The notes under the pieces are model-generated. The model searched no databases and was not told the origin of the DNA. It saw only the letters and a list, made by a program, of their open reading frames with translations. From Chiloscyllium plagiosum (Eukaryota), in NCBI RefSeq assembly GCF_004010195.1, contig NC_057724.1:6948786-7012785 (forward strand): DNA of 64,000 nt. The letters run 5' to 3'. Of the stretch, positions 38,081 through 51,449 are shown piece after piece (the stretch's first letter is position 1; each line of letters opens with the position of its first letter). A program made the translations under genes and the position numbers.

Positions 38081-38738
38081 TATCAAAATGATTAAGCTGC
38101 GTTCCACGAGGCTTAAGCAACAAGAGATAAAATGGCAAAATAGTGGTATCAACACTTATAATAGAGCACCCTTAGCAATATTGACAGACAATGCATGAGA
38201 TTGAACTGCACTGACAGCTGCAAAGTCATTATAAGCTTGAAAGGCAGGAGGTCAAAGGGGAGACAAGAATGAGCGAAAGCCGTTTCACATTTGTGTGCTG
38301 TCCAGCTCCTGATTAAATCTTCTCAGGTTGAGTGACGCAATTTGACAATATGTTGGTGCACAGTAAGGCTCCATTGTAAAACGAGATGACAGCTGTGTAA
38401 CTTGGCTTGTCCCCTGCACTGCTTTCCGTCAACGTCAGGCAAAGAGATTTAGTCTCATCTACGTGTTATCAGGCAGCTTCACTCTTAAGGTTTCAGCTTG
38501 ATTTGATAACATGTATTCCATGATATTATGGCTGGTTACCAAACTTACAGGGTTGTCGTGATGGCTCTAAGAACTGAAGATTATTTGTTTTTTGTAACTC
38601 AACAGAAAAATCACAGTAGCCCTGAAGAAAAATGCTGCATTGTTCCATCTCTTTAAACTCATCTATTTATTAGTTTATTAAATACGGAAGATGACTATCG
38701 AAGGGCTATTTGGCTGGGGAGATTAATTTAAACATGAG

Positions 38739-39346
38739 TGGCAGAATGGCTCAGTGGTTAACACTGCTACATCAAAGCACAGGGGACCTGGGTTCAATTC
38801 CCACCTTAGGTGACTGTCTGTGTGGAGTTAGTATGTTTTCCCTGTGTCTGCATAGGCATTCTCTGGTTCCCTTAAACCTAGGCCCTCTAGTTTTGGACTC
38901 CCTTATCATGGATAAAAGACCTTAGCTATTCAGTCCCTCATGATTTTATAAATCTCTGTAAGGTCACCCCTCAGCCTCTGATGCTGCAGGGAAAATACCC
39001 CCAACCTCTCCCGATAGCTCAAACCCTCCAGCCCCCACAACATTCTTGTAAATCTTTTCTGAACCCTTTCAAGTTTCACATCTTTCCTATAGCAGGGAAA
39101 TCAGAATTGTACACACTATTCCAAAAGTGGCCGAATCAATATCCTGTACAACTGAAACACGTCATTGCAAATCCTATACTCAATGCACTGACCAATGTAG
39201 GCAAATGTACCAAACACCTTCACTACCCTGATTACCTCTGACTTCGCTTTCAAGGAACCATTAACTTACATTTCATGCTTTTCCGAGGGTCAGTGTGGAC
39301 TCGATGGGTCAAATGGCCTGCTTCCACTCTGTAGGGATGCTATGAT
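38739..39346 (+). mobile_element. HE1-type SINE split by a minus-strand CR1 fragment (about 38868-39268)
   Basis: Head TGGCTCAGTGGTTAACAC..GGTTCAATTCC; the 3' part resumes at about 39278 (GAGGGTCAGTGTGGACTCGATGGG). Confidence 0.78.
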
Positions 39347-40754
39347 TCATTTGTGTAATGACACCTCCAGGAACACCTCCAAAAAAAGTTGGTGGTAGCA
39401 AGGCACTAGGACTTCACTATCATATTACTAACTTCCCTAATATATCGTCCTGGAAATTCCTGTTTTGGATTAAAGAGCAAACTGCCATCCACACTAATTT
39501 TATTAAATATATACAGAGAATACGACCAACAGAGAAAACTGGCAGCTCTTCTGAAAAATGGATCATCACCAGATTCCTCCAGACAACTGAAGTTAATTTT
39601 CAAATTACCATATGTTCTCTTGATTGGAAGCCAAGAATAATAATGAACTTGTTTATTCACATTACATTGGAGATTCAAATTCTAGAATAATAGTCAGCCT
39701 TTAAACCGCTTCCTTATTCAATTCCAACACTTCAATGAGTCATTAATCACTGTTCCTTTATCATCACTCAGTTAAAAACTGGAATTCCTTCACCTATGAA
39801 AGCTATTTTCACCGAATGATCTGCAGTAGTTCAAGAGGGCAGCTCAGCAGTACCTTCCCAAGGGCAATCAGGGATGGATAGCCAATGTTGGTCTTGCCAA
39901 CACTTCCCACATGCCAAAAATGGATGACCAAGAACGTTGACCATCTGATCCAAATAGAACTGTGGTTATCTGACAAGAATTTGCCACTAAAATCACCTTG
40001 TTGGAGAGGTTCAGTGGCTGCTGAGGTCCCTATAACAGTCATCTGCAGAGCCTGGTGTTTTCTCCACAGAGAGCCAGATTGTTAAAAGGCAGGTTAACAT
40101 AATCCCTTACAGATAGTTTTGCCAAGGACAACGGAAATATTTGGAGGCTTCTTAATAGATGCAGAAAAATCAGCCTTGGATTCTGGTCACCCTAACCTAA
40201 CTCCTTTCATTCAGTCCCATATAATTTATGGCAAACTCTAACCAAATGATTCAGAAGAACCTTCACATTTCTTTACTTCAAGTCTACAGCACAGAAACAG
40301 ATCATTTACTCAAATAGGTCTTTTATACTCGATACAAGCCTCCTTCCATCTCTCTTCATCCAGTGTGTTTGGACACCTCTCTGTTCCTTTCTTCCTCATA
40401 TGCTTATTCAGTTACCCCTGAAATACATATCCAAAAGCATCAGTACAGTCTAGAATGTTTGGGACCAAGTAATTTCTTATTGCAGAGATTTGGGGAGTAT
40501 TGGATAATGTTAAAGTGCATAATCTCAAGTACATGAACTGGAAAATGCTGTAGATATAAATATTTAAAATAGCCCTTTCTAAAAAGACAGTGATAAAACA
40601 TTATTAAGTCACTGTTAAAATTGTTCTATTTATCCAAATACAATATCTTTCATACTTGTGCTTCAAGAACCAGAGAGGAAAATCAAGAGAGAGAAGGAAA
40701 AACAGACTGACATCAAGAGAAAGAGAGAAATCAAGACAAAAAAGAAGAATTGAT

Positions 40755-41235
40755 AGAGTCGTTGAGTGATACATAACGGAAAAAGACCCTTTGATCCAAC
40801 CTGTCCATGCTGACCATGTTTCCCAAACTAAACTAGTCCCACTCTTTTGAGTGTGGCCCACATCCCTCTAGACCTTTCCTATTTGTGTACCTATCCAAAT
40901 ATCCTTTAAATGTTGCAACCTTACCTGCATCTACCACTTCCTCTGGCAGTTCACCCTCTGTATGAAAATGTTATCTCTTGGGTCTCTTTCAAATCTTTCC
41001 CCTCTCCTCTCACTTTAAAAATATGGCCCCAGGTTTTGAACTCACCCAGTCGAGGGAAAAGACCTTTGCTATTCCCCTCAATAAGGGTCACCCCTCAACC
41101 TCCTACGCTCCTGTGAGAAAAGACCCAGCCTATCTAGCCTCTCCTTCTAACTCAAAGCCTCCAGTCCCAGCAGCAGCAACCCAGTAAATATTTTCTGAAT
41201 CCTCTCGAATTTAATAATATCCTCCCTGTTGCAGG
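40755..41235 (-). mobile_element. CR1 3' fragment flanked by GA-rich low-complexity DNA
   Basis: Reverse CR1 3' UTR; purine-rich tracts at about 40670-40750 and 41235-41360. Confidence 0.75.
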
Positions 41236-42358
41236 GTAGACAGAGAGAGATTGAAAGAGAGAGACAGAGAAAGAAATCATGAGAATACGAGGTAAACTGA
41301 AAGATAGGAAAGCTGGAGAAGTAGACAGACAGATAGACAAAGAATATATAGAAAGAGAAATCTGTAGCTTTGTAAACTCAAGCTGCAATTTCTTGTGCCA
41401 CACATCTGCCTATCACCTTTCTGTTGTTACCCTCTGTCTGAAGCTTAGGTAAGCTCATGCATTCCTGATTTCTTCCACCAGTCAAACAGCAAGTGCATGG
41501 CTGGCTTGGAGTTACTCTGATTATTTCTGAATAAGCAGTTGCAAACTTTGCATTTCCAGACTTGGACGTTTGCTATGAGATGCTTCTAATCTTGAAAAGA
41601 AAAATCTCTTTCTTGAACATATTTAATGATTTATCTCCACAGCCTTCTGTGGTAAAGAATTCATTTTCTTCTACATCTCACTTCTAAATGGTCTATCCTA
41701 TATCCTGAGACTGTATTCCCAAGCGCGAGACTCCCCAACCATGGAAAACATCCTCTTTACATCCAGTCTATTTAGTGGTGTTAGAATTTTATACATTTCA
41801 AACCTCTCATCTTTCTAAATTCTAGTAAATATAAGCCCAATTGATCCAATCTCTCCTCATGGAGAAGTTTCACAATCCTTGGTATCAGCCAAGTGAACCT
41901 CCACTGCAATCCCTCTGTGGCAAGCATATTGTCTCTTTGGTGGAGACACCAAAATAGCACCTCAGTTTTCCGAGTGTGGTCTCACTAAGACCCTATATAA
42001 TTGCAATATGACATCCCTATTTCAGATCTCAAATCCTCTTGCAGTAAAGGCCAATAAAACCACTTGCCCTTTTAATTGCTTGTTGACTTTGCCAGTCTGC
42101 TTTCATTCTTTGGAGCACAAGGACACCCAGAACCATTTGTACAATCCACATTTCCCAATGCATCATCATTTAAACAATACTCTGCCTCATTGTTTCTTAA
42201 CTTCTTTTGTAGTATTTCTGTATTCAGTTTTTCCATTCTGTGCTTTGTGCTCTACAAACTTTCTTTGTTTTCAATTTTGCTCTTTATGCATCCTCAGTGA
42301 TTCATTTTTGATGGGTTGTTGGAGAAATATATTTACTCCTGAACTCTATTGAACATTG

Positions 42359-42430
42359 AGTTCTGAGGAAGGGTGACTGGACCCGAAACAGACCTGCTGA
42401 GATTTTCTAGCAATTTCTATTTTTTTTTTG
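42359..42430 (+). mobile_element. PLE family C fragment with hammerhead core, cleavage triplet deleted
   Basis: CTGAGGA-A-GGGT-GACTGG-ACCC-GAAAC joins directly to AGACCTGCTGAG. Confidence 0.6.
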
Positions 42431-42534
42431 GTCATTGTTTTAAGCATTTTCTCCTGTTTCTTTCTTTCTCCCCAGTTCATTATCCTTACTTCCACTTTTA
42501 TCCCACAATGATGAATTATTTCTAATCTGCTTAA

Positions 42535-42857
42535 GAATTAGAATCCCTACAGTGTGGAAATAGGCCCTTCAGCCCAAGCCCACACTGACCCTCAGAACAG
42601 TAACCCACCCAGACTCATCCCCCCCTCCCCTACATTTAGGCCTGACTAATGCACCTGACCTACACATTACTGAACACGATGGACAATTTAGCATGGTCAA
42701 TTCACCAAACTTGCACATCTTTGGACTGTGGAAGGAAACCCACACAGACACTGGGAGAGTGTGCAAATGCAACACAGACAGTTGTCCAAGACTGGAATTG
42801 AACCTGGGTTGTTAGCACTGTGAGGCAGCAGTGCTAATCACCGAGCCACCGTGCCGC
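42535..42857 (-). mobile_element. HE1-type SINE
   Basis: Reverse head and body motifs. Confidence 0.88.
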
Positions 42858-44976
42858 TACTGCTGCTGGGGCAATTTTCTTACTTAGTCTTTCTTGAACA
42901 TTATTTTTTACTCAATTACAATTAGTATTGCCAAGACTATTTGCTTCGGATGATTCCCCAACACTTGATCCATAAGGGAAAACTCTGTTTTTCTAATACT
43001 CTGAGAAAGCAAAGACTACACTTTAACATTCCCTCTCTTTGTCTGCTTTTACGACTTCATCCTAATGACAGGACCCCAAAGTACAACCTTGGAATTCATC
43101 AGTGAGATGAGAGTAGATCAGAGATGTGTCCTGATGATGCAGATAAACTGGCATGCATCTGAAACCAGTGTCTATGTGAATGGCTGCTGCCCAAGGACTG
43201 TGGCCTATCATGGTGATTTCAGGTACCTAAGATGGAGATGCAGAGCTACTGAGAAAAGCCTCATTCAATTCTCACATGATTCTCTCAAATTTCTCATCAT
43301 AACCCAAATTGCTCATTGTCCTATAATACTCTGCCCTCTGTATGTATTCTCCAGGAGACAGGCTAGGGCTCGGACACTAGAGAAAGGCAATGGCCCCAGT
43401 TTTGGATTCTCTAAGGAATTTGACACTGCCCTTTCTTCAGCATCGAAACAGTTGGGCCCATTGAATGTAATGAATTTCTGAGAAGCTGGATTTTTAGCCA
43501 TCACCTCTTGATATAAACAAAGCACAGGTGGGTGTCAAACTGATGCCAGAAGTTGGACCACCGAGGTTGAGACATAGGTTTGAGGCTTAAGAAGCAATAG
43601 TACTAAGTTTCAATTCAAATACATGGAATAATTCCTCAGCAAAATCTGGAGATCTAATGGCACTGGAAAATGATCATGAAATGTTGATGTTTAGTCTGAC
43701 AGAAGAAATCGATGCACATCCAATATAAATGTATAGGGATTTATCTTACACGTACCCATTATTATGAAGTATAATGATGACATGTTAAGTATAATATCAT
43801 GATGCTGCATTAAGAATAAGGTGGAATTTTAAGTTAATTTATATTTTGCATTTTTGTGCTGGGGACGTGGTTTAGTTTAATGTTTCAGTGTTCTTGTAGA
43901 TTGGTGCAGAGATGCGTGGAGGTCTGTTTCGTTTCCATGCATTTTAATGAGGTTCCTTAGAGGTGAACAGTTCAGTGCATTAAGCAAAAAAAAGGAAAAA
44001 AAAATGTTCTGGTGCTCAAAGGCAGGGGTCCAAGTGATGGCAGCTATACAGGCAAGGAGCCTTAGAGTCAAGGTGGTAAAGTCTTTGTACGGATATTTCT
44101 GGGATAAAAGAAGTAATGTGAATTTAAATTCTTTTCTGGTGTCTGTAATGAAATCTTTCCAATCTTGCATTGCTTAATGTAAATATAAGTTCTCCTCCTT
44201 TAATAATTGATTGATTCTTTGATTCACTGGCAGCCTCTTGCAAATTTGTTCAATAACTGACGTCTATAATTAACACAGAACAAAGTTAGGATCTAGTAAG
44301 CCTGATCCGACTCTAGGATCTGTCTTATACTGTTTAATATTAGACAAGGTCATACAGACGTGATTGAGTAGAGTGAACTGGAAGCAGATAGAATCTCTTA
44401 CTAAATGCTGAGAGAAAGCAGTTGTAACTGAAGAGTTCTTATACAAAGACCCATGGATTCCAGCAGCAATACTATGGGAACAAAAGAAAATTGAACCCAC
44501 AACATACAACAAAATAGAAAGAAATCTTGAAAAGATGAAGTTGAAACAGTCATGAGGCTGAGAACTTTGCAGCTTATTCATCGAGTTGAGGGAGCTGAAG
44601 ATTTTTGAAAACTGAGGTATTTTTCTCTTATGATAGTTCTTCTGCTACTTATTCAGCTGCAACATCCAGCAGGGGATTTACAACCAATGAAATTGTTTCA
44701 GAGTTTTTTCAATGCTTTTCCACTTATCTTCTGGAGAGAGAGCTCAGTCGTGGAGGCAACAGCAGCAATGGAGCATGGCAGTGGCTGTGTACCCACGCGA
44801 GCCACTGGTTTGCGAGTTATTGGGGAAGCAGCTGGCACAATTTAGCCTAGTGTGCGTGAAAGCGTGCCCAGTGTGGGGAAGAGTGAGCCCACATAGGGAA
44901 AGCCCCAACATCTGCAGGCCAATGACTTAAGAAAGGATTATATTAGAGTCATGGTCATAGAGTTGCAGAGTCATAG

Positions 44977-45661
44977 GACAGCACTTTGGCTCAAAGGTGA
45001 GCACTGCTGCCTCACAGCACCAGGGACCAGGGTTCGATTCCAGCCTTGGGCAACTGTCTGTGTGGAGTTTGCACATTCTACCAGTGTCTGTGTGGGTTTC
45101 TGTCCAAAGATGTGCAAGCTAGGTGAATTGGCCTTGATAAATTGCCCATAGCATTCAAGGACTTTTAACTTCGTTGTATTAGTCAGGGGAAATGTAGGGG
45201 AATGTGTCTGAGTAGATTAGATTAGATTGTAGATTACATTACAGTGTGGAAACAGGCCCTTCGGCCCAACAAGTCCACACCGACCCGCCGAAGCGAAACC
45301 CACCCATACCCCTAGCCCTACCCCTACCCCTACCCCTACCCCTACATTTACCCCTTACCTAACACTACGGGCAATTTAGAATGGCCAATTCACCTGGCCC
45401 TGCACATCTTTGGACTGTGGGAGGAAACCAGAGCACCCGGAGGAAACCCGCGCAGACACGGGGAGAACGTGCAAACTCCGCACAGTCAGTCGCCTGAGGC
45501 GGGAATTGAACCCGGGTCTTTGGCGCTGTGAGGCAGCAGTGCTAACCACCATGCTGCCCAGAGGTTCAGAGGTTCAGTATAGACTTCTTCAGAGTATTCT
45601 TCAGAGGTTCAGTATAGACTTATTGGGCAAAAATGGCCCATTTACATGCTGTAGGGATTCT
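44977..45661 (+). mobile_element. HE1-type SINE interrupted by a younger antisense HE1
   Basis: Head at 44977 (B-box GGTTCGATTCC); 3' part resumes at about 45560 with short local duplications. Confidence 0.8.
45213..45559 (-). mobile_element. Young HE1-type SINE (CpG-rich) with internal (CCCTAC)n
   Basis: Near-consensus sequence with many CpGs; reverse tail (TAGAT)n. Confidence 0.9.
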
Positions 45662-46703
45662 CGGATAAAACATGGAAACAGACCATTTCGTCCAACCAGT
45701 CGATGCTGAACATAATCCCAAACTAAACTAAACATAGTCCCGCCTGCGTGAATTCTAACTTTATTTTCTTATTTTTCTACTTTATACTGAAAAATACCAT
45801 AGTGATGAACTTTTTAAGTTATTTCTTTATTTTTCTATTTTTGTATCTAAGATTTTGTACCTTGGCACTTTTGTACTTAAGATGGCCCCTGGAAAAGCGA
45901 CTTTATCCATTTCTCACTGTGTCCCTATACTTGAGTACATATTACAATAAATGCAATTTCTCATTTTTAACCCGCTGAGTGAAAGCGTGCACCCAAACTT
46001 TACTGAAATTAAGAACTGGAAAGGTATAGGAAACTGAGTAACATTTGAGTTAGTGTGGATTTATTTTTGCCAACATTTACTTGTACAAATTCAAAAGTCA
46101 CCGGAGAACTTGCTTCGCAAAAGTGAAGCCTAGAGCTTTGAAAAATAACTGGCAGAGATTGAATTTGAACTTTTCAAAACACTTGTATCAGTTTTCTTAA
46201 AAAAAAAGGAACTGAAAAAACAAATCAAATTAATGTCACGTTTCCCTGACTGCTTCTTTCAAATGAGATTTGGCAGCAAACATCAAAAATTGAACCACAC
46301 TTTCAAGACAGATTTACAAAATTGATGATAAATAAGCCATTCAGAAGATTGAAAAAATAGCAAAAGTATTTGAGGTGCATGCAGTTTAAAATTGAGTTGG
46401 TTCTTCTTTTGATTGGGAAAGTTTTTCAACAGAATTGTGAAAAAGAACATGTTTCAATTACATACAGTTTTCTTCATGCTTTGCAAACGTTAACCCTTTT
46501 TGCAGGTAGATAATTATTCTAACTCACCACACAGTATCCACTGTATATTCCAACAAGTACATTTGAGTATCATTCAATTTTGAATTCCTAAACTTACAGA
46601 TGTGATTGGACAGATTATTGCATTGCAGCCTTGTTTAGAGCCATCATGTACCAAATTAGTGTTGCTTTTTTAACTGTGATCATGGTTTCCAATTCCATGT
46701 TAA

Positions 46704-46782
46704 TACTGATGAAGGGTCACTGGATCTAAAATGTTGACACCGCTTTCTCTCCACAGACCTGCTAAGTTCCTCCAGTGATTTC
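46704..46782 (+). mobile_element. PLE family C fragment with decayed hammerhead
   Basis: CTGATGA-A-GGGTC-ACTG-GATCT-AAAAT-GTT (G12 mutated), followed by TTTCTCTCCACAGACCTGCT. Confidence 0.55.
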
Positions 46783-46933
46783 TTAACCATTCAGATCATT
46801 TGTTATCTCTATGAGACAAGTATTTATGAACAGCAGATATGGATGATACCGCTAAAAGAATTAGAGGTGCTTTCTTCTGATGTGAAACCATCGCTTAAAG
46901 TCTCAGAGTTTCTGAATTTTTGAATTGATGAAA

Positions 46934-47936
46934 TGAGACCAGTGACCAGTGGTGTGCCACAAGGATCAGTGCTGGGTCCATTGCTTTCTGTCATTTATAT
47001 AAATGCTTTGGATGTCAATATGGCAGGAATGGTTAGTACGTTTGCAGATGACACCAAAATTGGAGGTGGAATGGACAGTGAAGAAGATTACCGCAGAGTA
47101 CAGCGGGACATTGATCAGGTGGGCAAATAGGCTGAGGAGTGGCAGATGGAGTTTAATTTAGAGAAATATGAGGTGTTGCATTTTGGAAAGTAAATCAGGG
47201 CAGGACTTATACAATTAATGGTAAGGTCCTGGTGAGTGTTGCTGAACAAAGAAACCTTCAGGTTCACATCCTTGAAAGTAAGTCGCAGGTAGATAGGATA
47301 GTCAAGAAGGCATTTGGTACGCTTGCCTCTATTGGTCAATGCATTGAGTACAGGAGTTAGGAGGTCACGTTGCAGCTGAACAGGACATTAGTTAGACCAC
47401 TATTGGAATACTGCGAACAATTCTGGTCTCCCGGCTATAGAAAAGATGTGGTGAAACTTGAGGGGGGTTCAGAAAAGATTTACAAGGGTATTACCAGGGT
47501 TGGAGGCTTTGAGCTACAGGGAGATGCTGAACAGGCTGGGGCTATTTTTCCTGGAGGATGATAGGTAACATTTTATAGAAGTTTATAGAGGGGCATGTAT
47601 AGGGTGAATAGTCAAGGTCTTTTTCCTAGGGTAGGGGAGTCCAAAACTACAGGGCATAGGTTTAAGGTGAGAGGGGAAAAATTTAGAAGGTACCCAAGGG
47701 GGAACTATTTCACGCAGAAGGTGGTGAATGTATGAAACAAGCTTCCAGAGGAGGTGGGGGAGGCTGGCATAATTACAACATTTAAAAGTCATCTGCATGG
47801 GTACTTGAATAGGAAGGGTTTAGAGAGATATGGGCTAAATGCTGGCAAATGGGACTAGATTAATGCAGAATATCTGGTCGGCCTGGATGAGTTGAACCTA
47901 AGGGTCTGATTCCATGCTGTACATCTCTATGACTCT
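46934..47936 (+). mobile_element. CR1/HER1 LINE 3' fragment (about 1 kb)
   Basis: RPVTSGVPQGSVLGPLL..FADDTK through the 3' tail. Confidence 0.92.
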
Positions 47937-48593
47937 GTATTGAAATGAAATATTATTTCAATTACTCAAAGTGAAATTTACCTGAAGTTTAAGGAGTCAT
48001 TAATGTTATCACTTATTTTTAAAAAATCTTATCGAAAATACAGTCTAGGTGTTTCCAGAATATGAAAAAGGAAATTTGTTTTGCGAATTTAACAGTACTT
48101 TTTAATATGGGATAATCTTGAAATCCAAAAAGAAACATCAAGTATCATTGAATGTCACCAAAATTACAGTAATGCCAGGACTCAAATAGGAATGCTTGAT
48201 TTGTCTTAAAGATAACATGAAAATACTTTATCACAATAATATTTATTGAGGGTTCTTGAATTAGACAGCTTGTTAGCTGTCTCTTGTATGAACACACCAA
48301 CAAGGAACAACACATCAAGACTTCTCCACCATTCTGATCTGATTTAATCTCAAATCTACATTCCTACATATTTCCAATTATCTTTCAATCCCTTGATAAT
48401 CAATAATTTATTGGAATGTATTGAATTTATGGAACTAGAAACTATTATCACTGTTAAAAAAAATCAACACTAGTCATCCATTGTGGTTCTGACTAAGACC
48501 CCAGAGGGCCAATCTGTCCAATCATATTTGTAAATTCAGAAACTTAAAATTGAATGATGTCCAATGCATGTTTAGACATGCATTTAAGAAGCA

Positions 48594-49072
48594 TAGAATC
48601 CCTACAGTATGGAAACAGGCCATTTGGCCCAACAAGTCCACACTGACCTTCCAAAGATTAACCCACCCAGACCCATTCCACTATGCTATTACTCTACATT
48701 TCCCCTGACTAATGCACCTAACCTCCACATCTCTGAACACTATGGGCAATTTGGCATGGCCAATTCACCAAATCCACACATCTTTGAATTGTGGAAGGAA
48801 ACCGACACAGAGATGGGGAGAATGTGCCATCTCCACACAGACAGTCTCCCAAGGCTGGAATTGAACCCAGGTCCCTAGTGCCATCTCTGAACACTATGGG
48901 CAATTTGGCATGGCTAATTCACCAAATCCACACATCTTTGAATTATGGAAGGAAACCGACACAGAGATGGGGAGAATGTGCCATCTCCACACAGACAGTC
49001 TCCCAAGGCTGGAATTGAACCCAGGTCCCTAGTGCAGTGAGGCAGCAGTGCTAACCACTGAGCCACCATGCC
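48594..49072 (-). mobile_element. HE1-type SINE with internal 154-bp tandem duplication
   Basis: Units 48728-48881 and 48882-49035 differ at 2 positions by my reading. Confidence 0.9.
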
Positions 49073-49182
49073 ATCCCATTTTGCAAGGTAAACTTTTAAA
49101 AAACTACTTGCAGAAAGTGTTAATTCCACTGTTTATTTGAAAGGGATGAAGAAAACTACATACAATTCCATTTTTTTTTACA

Positions 49183-49563
49183 TAGAGTCACAGCATGGAA
49201 ACAGACCTTTCAGTCCAGCCAGCCCTTGCTGACCATAATTCTAAATGAAACTAGCCCCACCTGCCTGTGCCTGGCCCACATCCCTCCAAACATTTCTTAT
49301 TCATGTACTTGACTAAATGACTTTTAAATATTGTAATAGTACCCACATCCACCACTTCCTCAGGAAGCTCATTCCACACACAAACCACCCTCTGTGTAAA
49401 TAAATTGCTCCATTTGCCTTTTTAAAATCTTCCTCCTCTCGTCCTAAAAATATGCCCTCTATTTTGAAATCCCCAACCCTAGGGAAAAGACACTTCCCGG
49501 TCACCTTATCTATACCCTTCATGATTTTATAAACCTCTATAAGGTCACCCTTTGACTTCCTAC
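49183..49563 (-). mobile_element. CR1 3' fragment
   Basis: Reverse CR1 tail and coding end. Confidence 0.85.
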
Positions 49564-49596
49564 ATAATTCTTAAAATGGTGGAGAATGGAAAATCA

Positions 49597-49751
49597 TGTC
49601 ATCGAATGGGAATTGAAGTAACTCATCTTCATTGTAGATCACTGGAATACTTCAACTCACACTGCTTCACTATCTAGTTAAAATAAAAGCACAGATGCAA
49701 TAAGCTGGCAGTTTTCCTTTGGAGAATATACATTTTGTATTCTATGAACCT
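49597..49751. repeat. Copy 1 of a locally duplicated ~155-bp block (copy 2 at 51450-51605)
   Basis: Direct repeat sharing AACTCATCTTCATTGTAGATCA and TTCACTATCTAGTTAAAATAAAAGCAC exactly; roughly 80-85% identical overall by eye. Confidence 0.9.
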
Positions 49752-50504
49752 TTAAAGACACTGAATTTCACAGTCTGGCTAAAAGTCAAAATGTCACGAT
49801 TCTACAGGGGCTGATAAGGAAATATTTTCAGACAGACAATCATTGATCTTTTGAAAAGGTAACTTCAAAGCTAAGAAGGCTCACATTAAATGGAACATGC
49901 TATTGGGATATTGTTGTGAGTGTGCAGGAGTGATTTGTTCCGCGTGAAGTAACTAAAATGCAGGAGTGTACAGACATATATCCCAGACATAGACTGTTAC
50001 TTGCCAACCAGAACAACATGAAATGATTGATGTATCCTGCTGAGAAAGAAAATATTTTCAATGATCACTGCACCGGCAGATACTCCATAGAGAAAGTCAA
50101 TTTAAGACAATCAAGGTGGTGGCCATCAGAGAGAGCAAAACTAAAATAAAGAGAAGTGGTTTGGCTTATTTGAATGCTAGGGAGAAATACACAGTCTAAT
50201 TCATGAGCAGAAATCTCACCTGAATCTTTTAAGGGGATGGAGAAAACTAAACAGTGAAGGGCAGTGGTAACATCCCTGTCCCTGGATTGGGAAGTCTAGG
50301 TTCAAGTGCACTACAAGTGTATAATAACAGGTCTCAACAGGTAGATTAGAAAAATAGGTTAGAATTTTAAAAACAAAGTTCAATGAAATCGGGTTGTATT
50401 TAAACCCAAGGAAATGGTGCAAGGAATGATAACGGCATAACAGAATCACACAGACGTTAAAACATGGACGGAGGTTAAGTGCAGGGTGAGCAGCAGCATG
50501 AGTA

Positions 50505-51144
50505 CAGGCCATTCTGCTATAACGCGACAGTTGGACAAACGGGCAGGAAGCTAACCACCAGGATACATGAGCACCAACTAGCCACCAAAAGACATGACCA
50601 ACTATCCATACACACAGACAAAAAGGGACACCAGTTCAACCGGGATAATACATCCATCCTGGGACAGGCCAAACAAAGACACGGGTGGGAATCCCTAGCG
50701 GCCTGGCATTCAAATAGGAACTTCATTAACAAACATATAGATATGGACCCCATTTACCAATCTCGCAGAAACAGAACTGGAAATGATATCACCCACCACA
50801 ACAGACTAAGACACATAAATAGCAAATGGGACAGAACACCAGCTCTTCACTGGATACTCACTGATAATGTTACCTGCTTGGTGAGGAAACATCTGAGAAC
50901 AAATCTACCAGCTCAGCGAGCAACCTGATCCATGAGCTGAGCAACAAATCTTCTCTAAAATCGTGACTGTTGTGTTCCTCTACAACCTTGCCTTACAGAA
51001 ATCTGCGCTAGGGAAGATTGCTAATAAAAAATTGCTATACCTGTTTCATAGAAAGTTCACATTATCCAAACAACGCCCACAATTCGTCAATTGTGTTATA
51101 GCCAATTCACGCTGATAAAACGCATGTTATAGCACAATGGCCCA
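50505..51144. mobile_element. TA-flanked MITE related to 30434-30652, containing a PLE insertion
   Basis: TA-CAGGCCATTCTGCTATAACGCG on the left and CATGTTATAGCACAATGGCCCA-TA on the right. Confidence 0.72.
50534..50961 (+). mobile_element. 5'-truncated PLE family B (GIY-YIG C-terminal half and pLTR with decayed hammerhead at 50857-50897)
   Basis: GQTGRKLTTRIHEHQLATKRHDQLS..ILGQAKQRH; ctca-CTGATAA..GAAAC-ATC-tgag; approximate TSD CGCGACAGTTG/CGTGACTGTTG. Confidence 0.85.
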
Positions 51145-51449
51145 TAGCATCTTAATTCCATGTGCTTAATATCCCGTTGTTATCTCTTTGAGGGTCAGTT
51201 AACTGAGCTGGCCTGTAATGATACCAACAGCATAGATTCAATTCCTACTTCGGTTGAGGTTATTGTGAAAGACTCCCCTCAATCTGTCCTGCCACCTGAC
51301 AATTGCTGACCCTCAACTTAATCCACCATCAGTTATCTTTCTCTAATGAGCAAGCAGCCCTGTGGTTTGGTATGATTATGGCAACTTTGCCTTTATTATC
51401 TCTTTGTCTATCTCTCTAACCCTCTCCTGGGTCAGCTGCAATCACAAGC

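Larger units (their letters stand above)
44735..45960 (+). mobile_element. Second copy of the non-autonomous retroposon family, holding a nested CR1/SINE/SINE stack (44945-45747)
   Basis: Homology to 10510-11000 on both sides of the insert; tail CACTGT..GAGTACATATTACAATAAA. Confidence 0.6.

Noticed and set aside
43065-43481. 138-aa ORF with an internal acceptor-like site (TTCTCCAG at about 43354)
   Set aside because: No recognisable homology or matching strong donor; the length is compatible with chance.
45306-45345. Telomere-like repeat
   Set aside because: The unit is CCCTAC, not CCCTAA, and it is an expansion inside a SINE.
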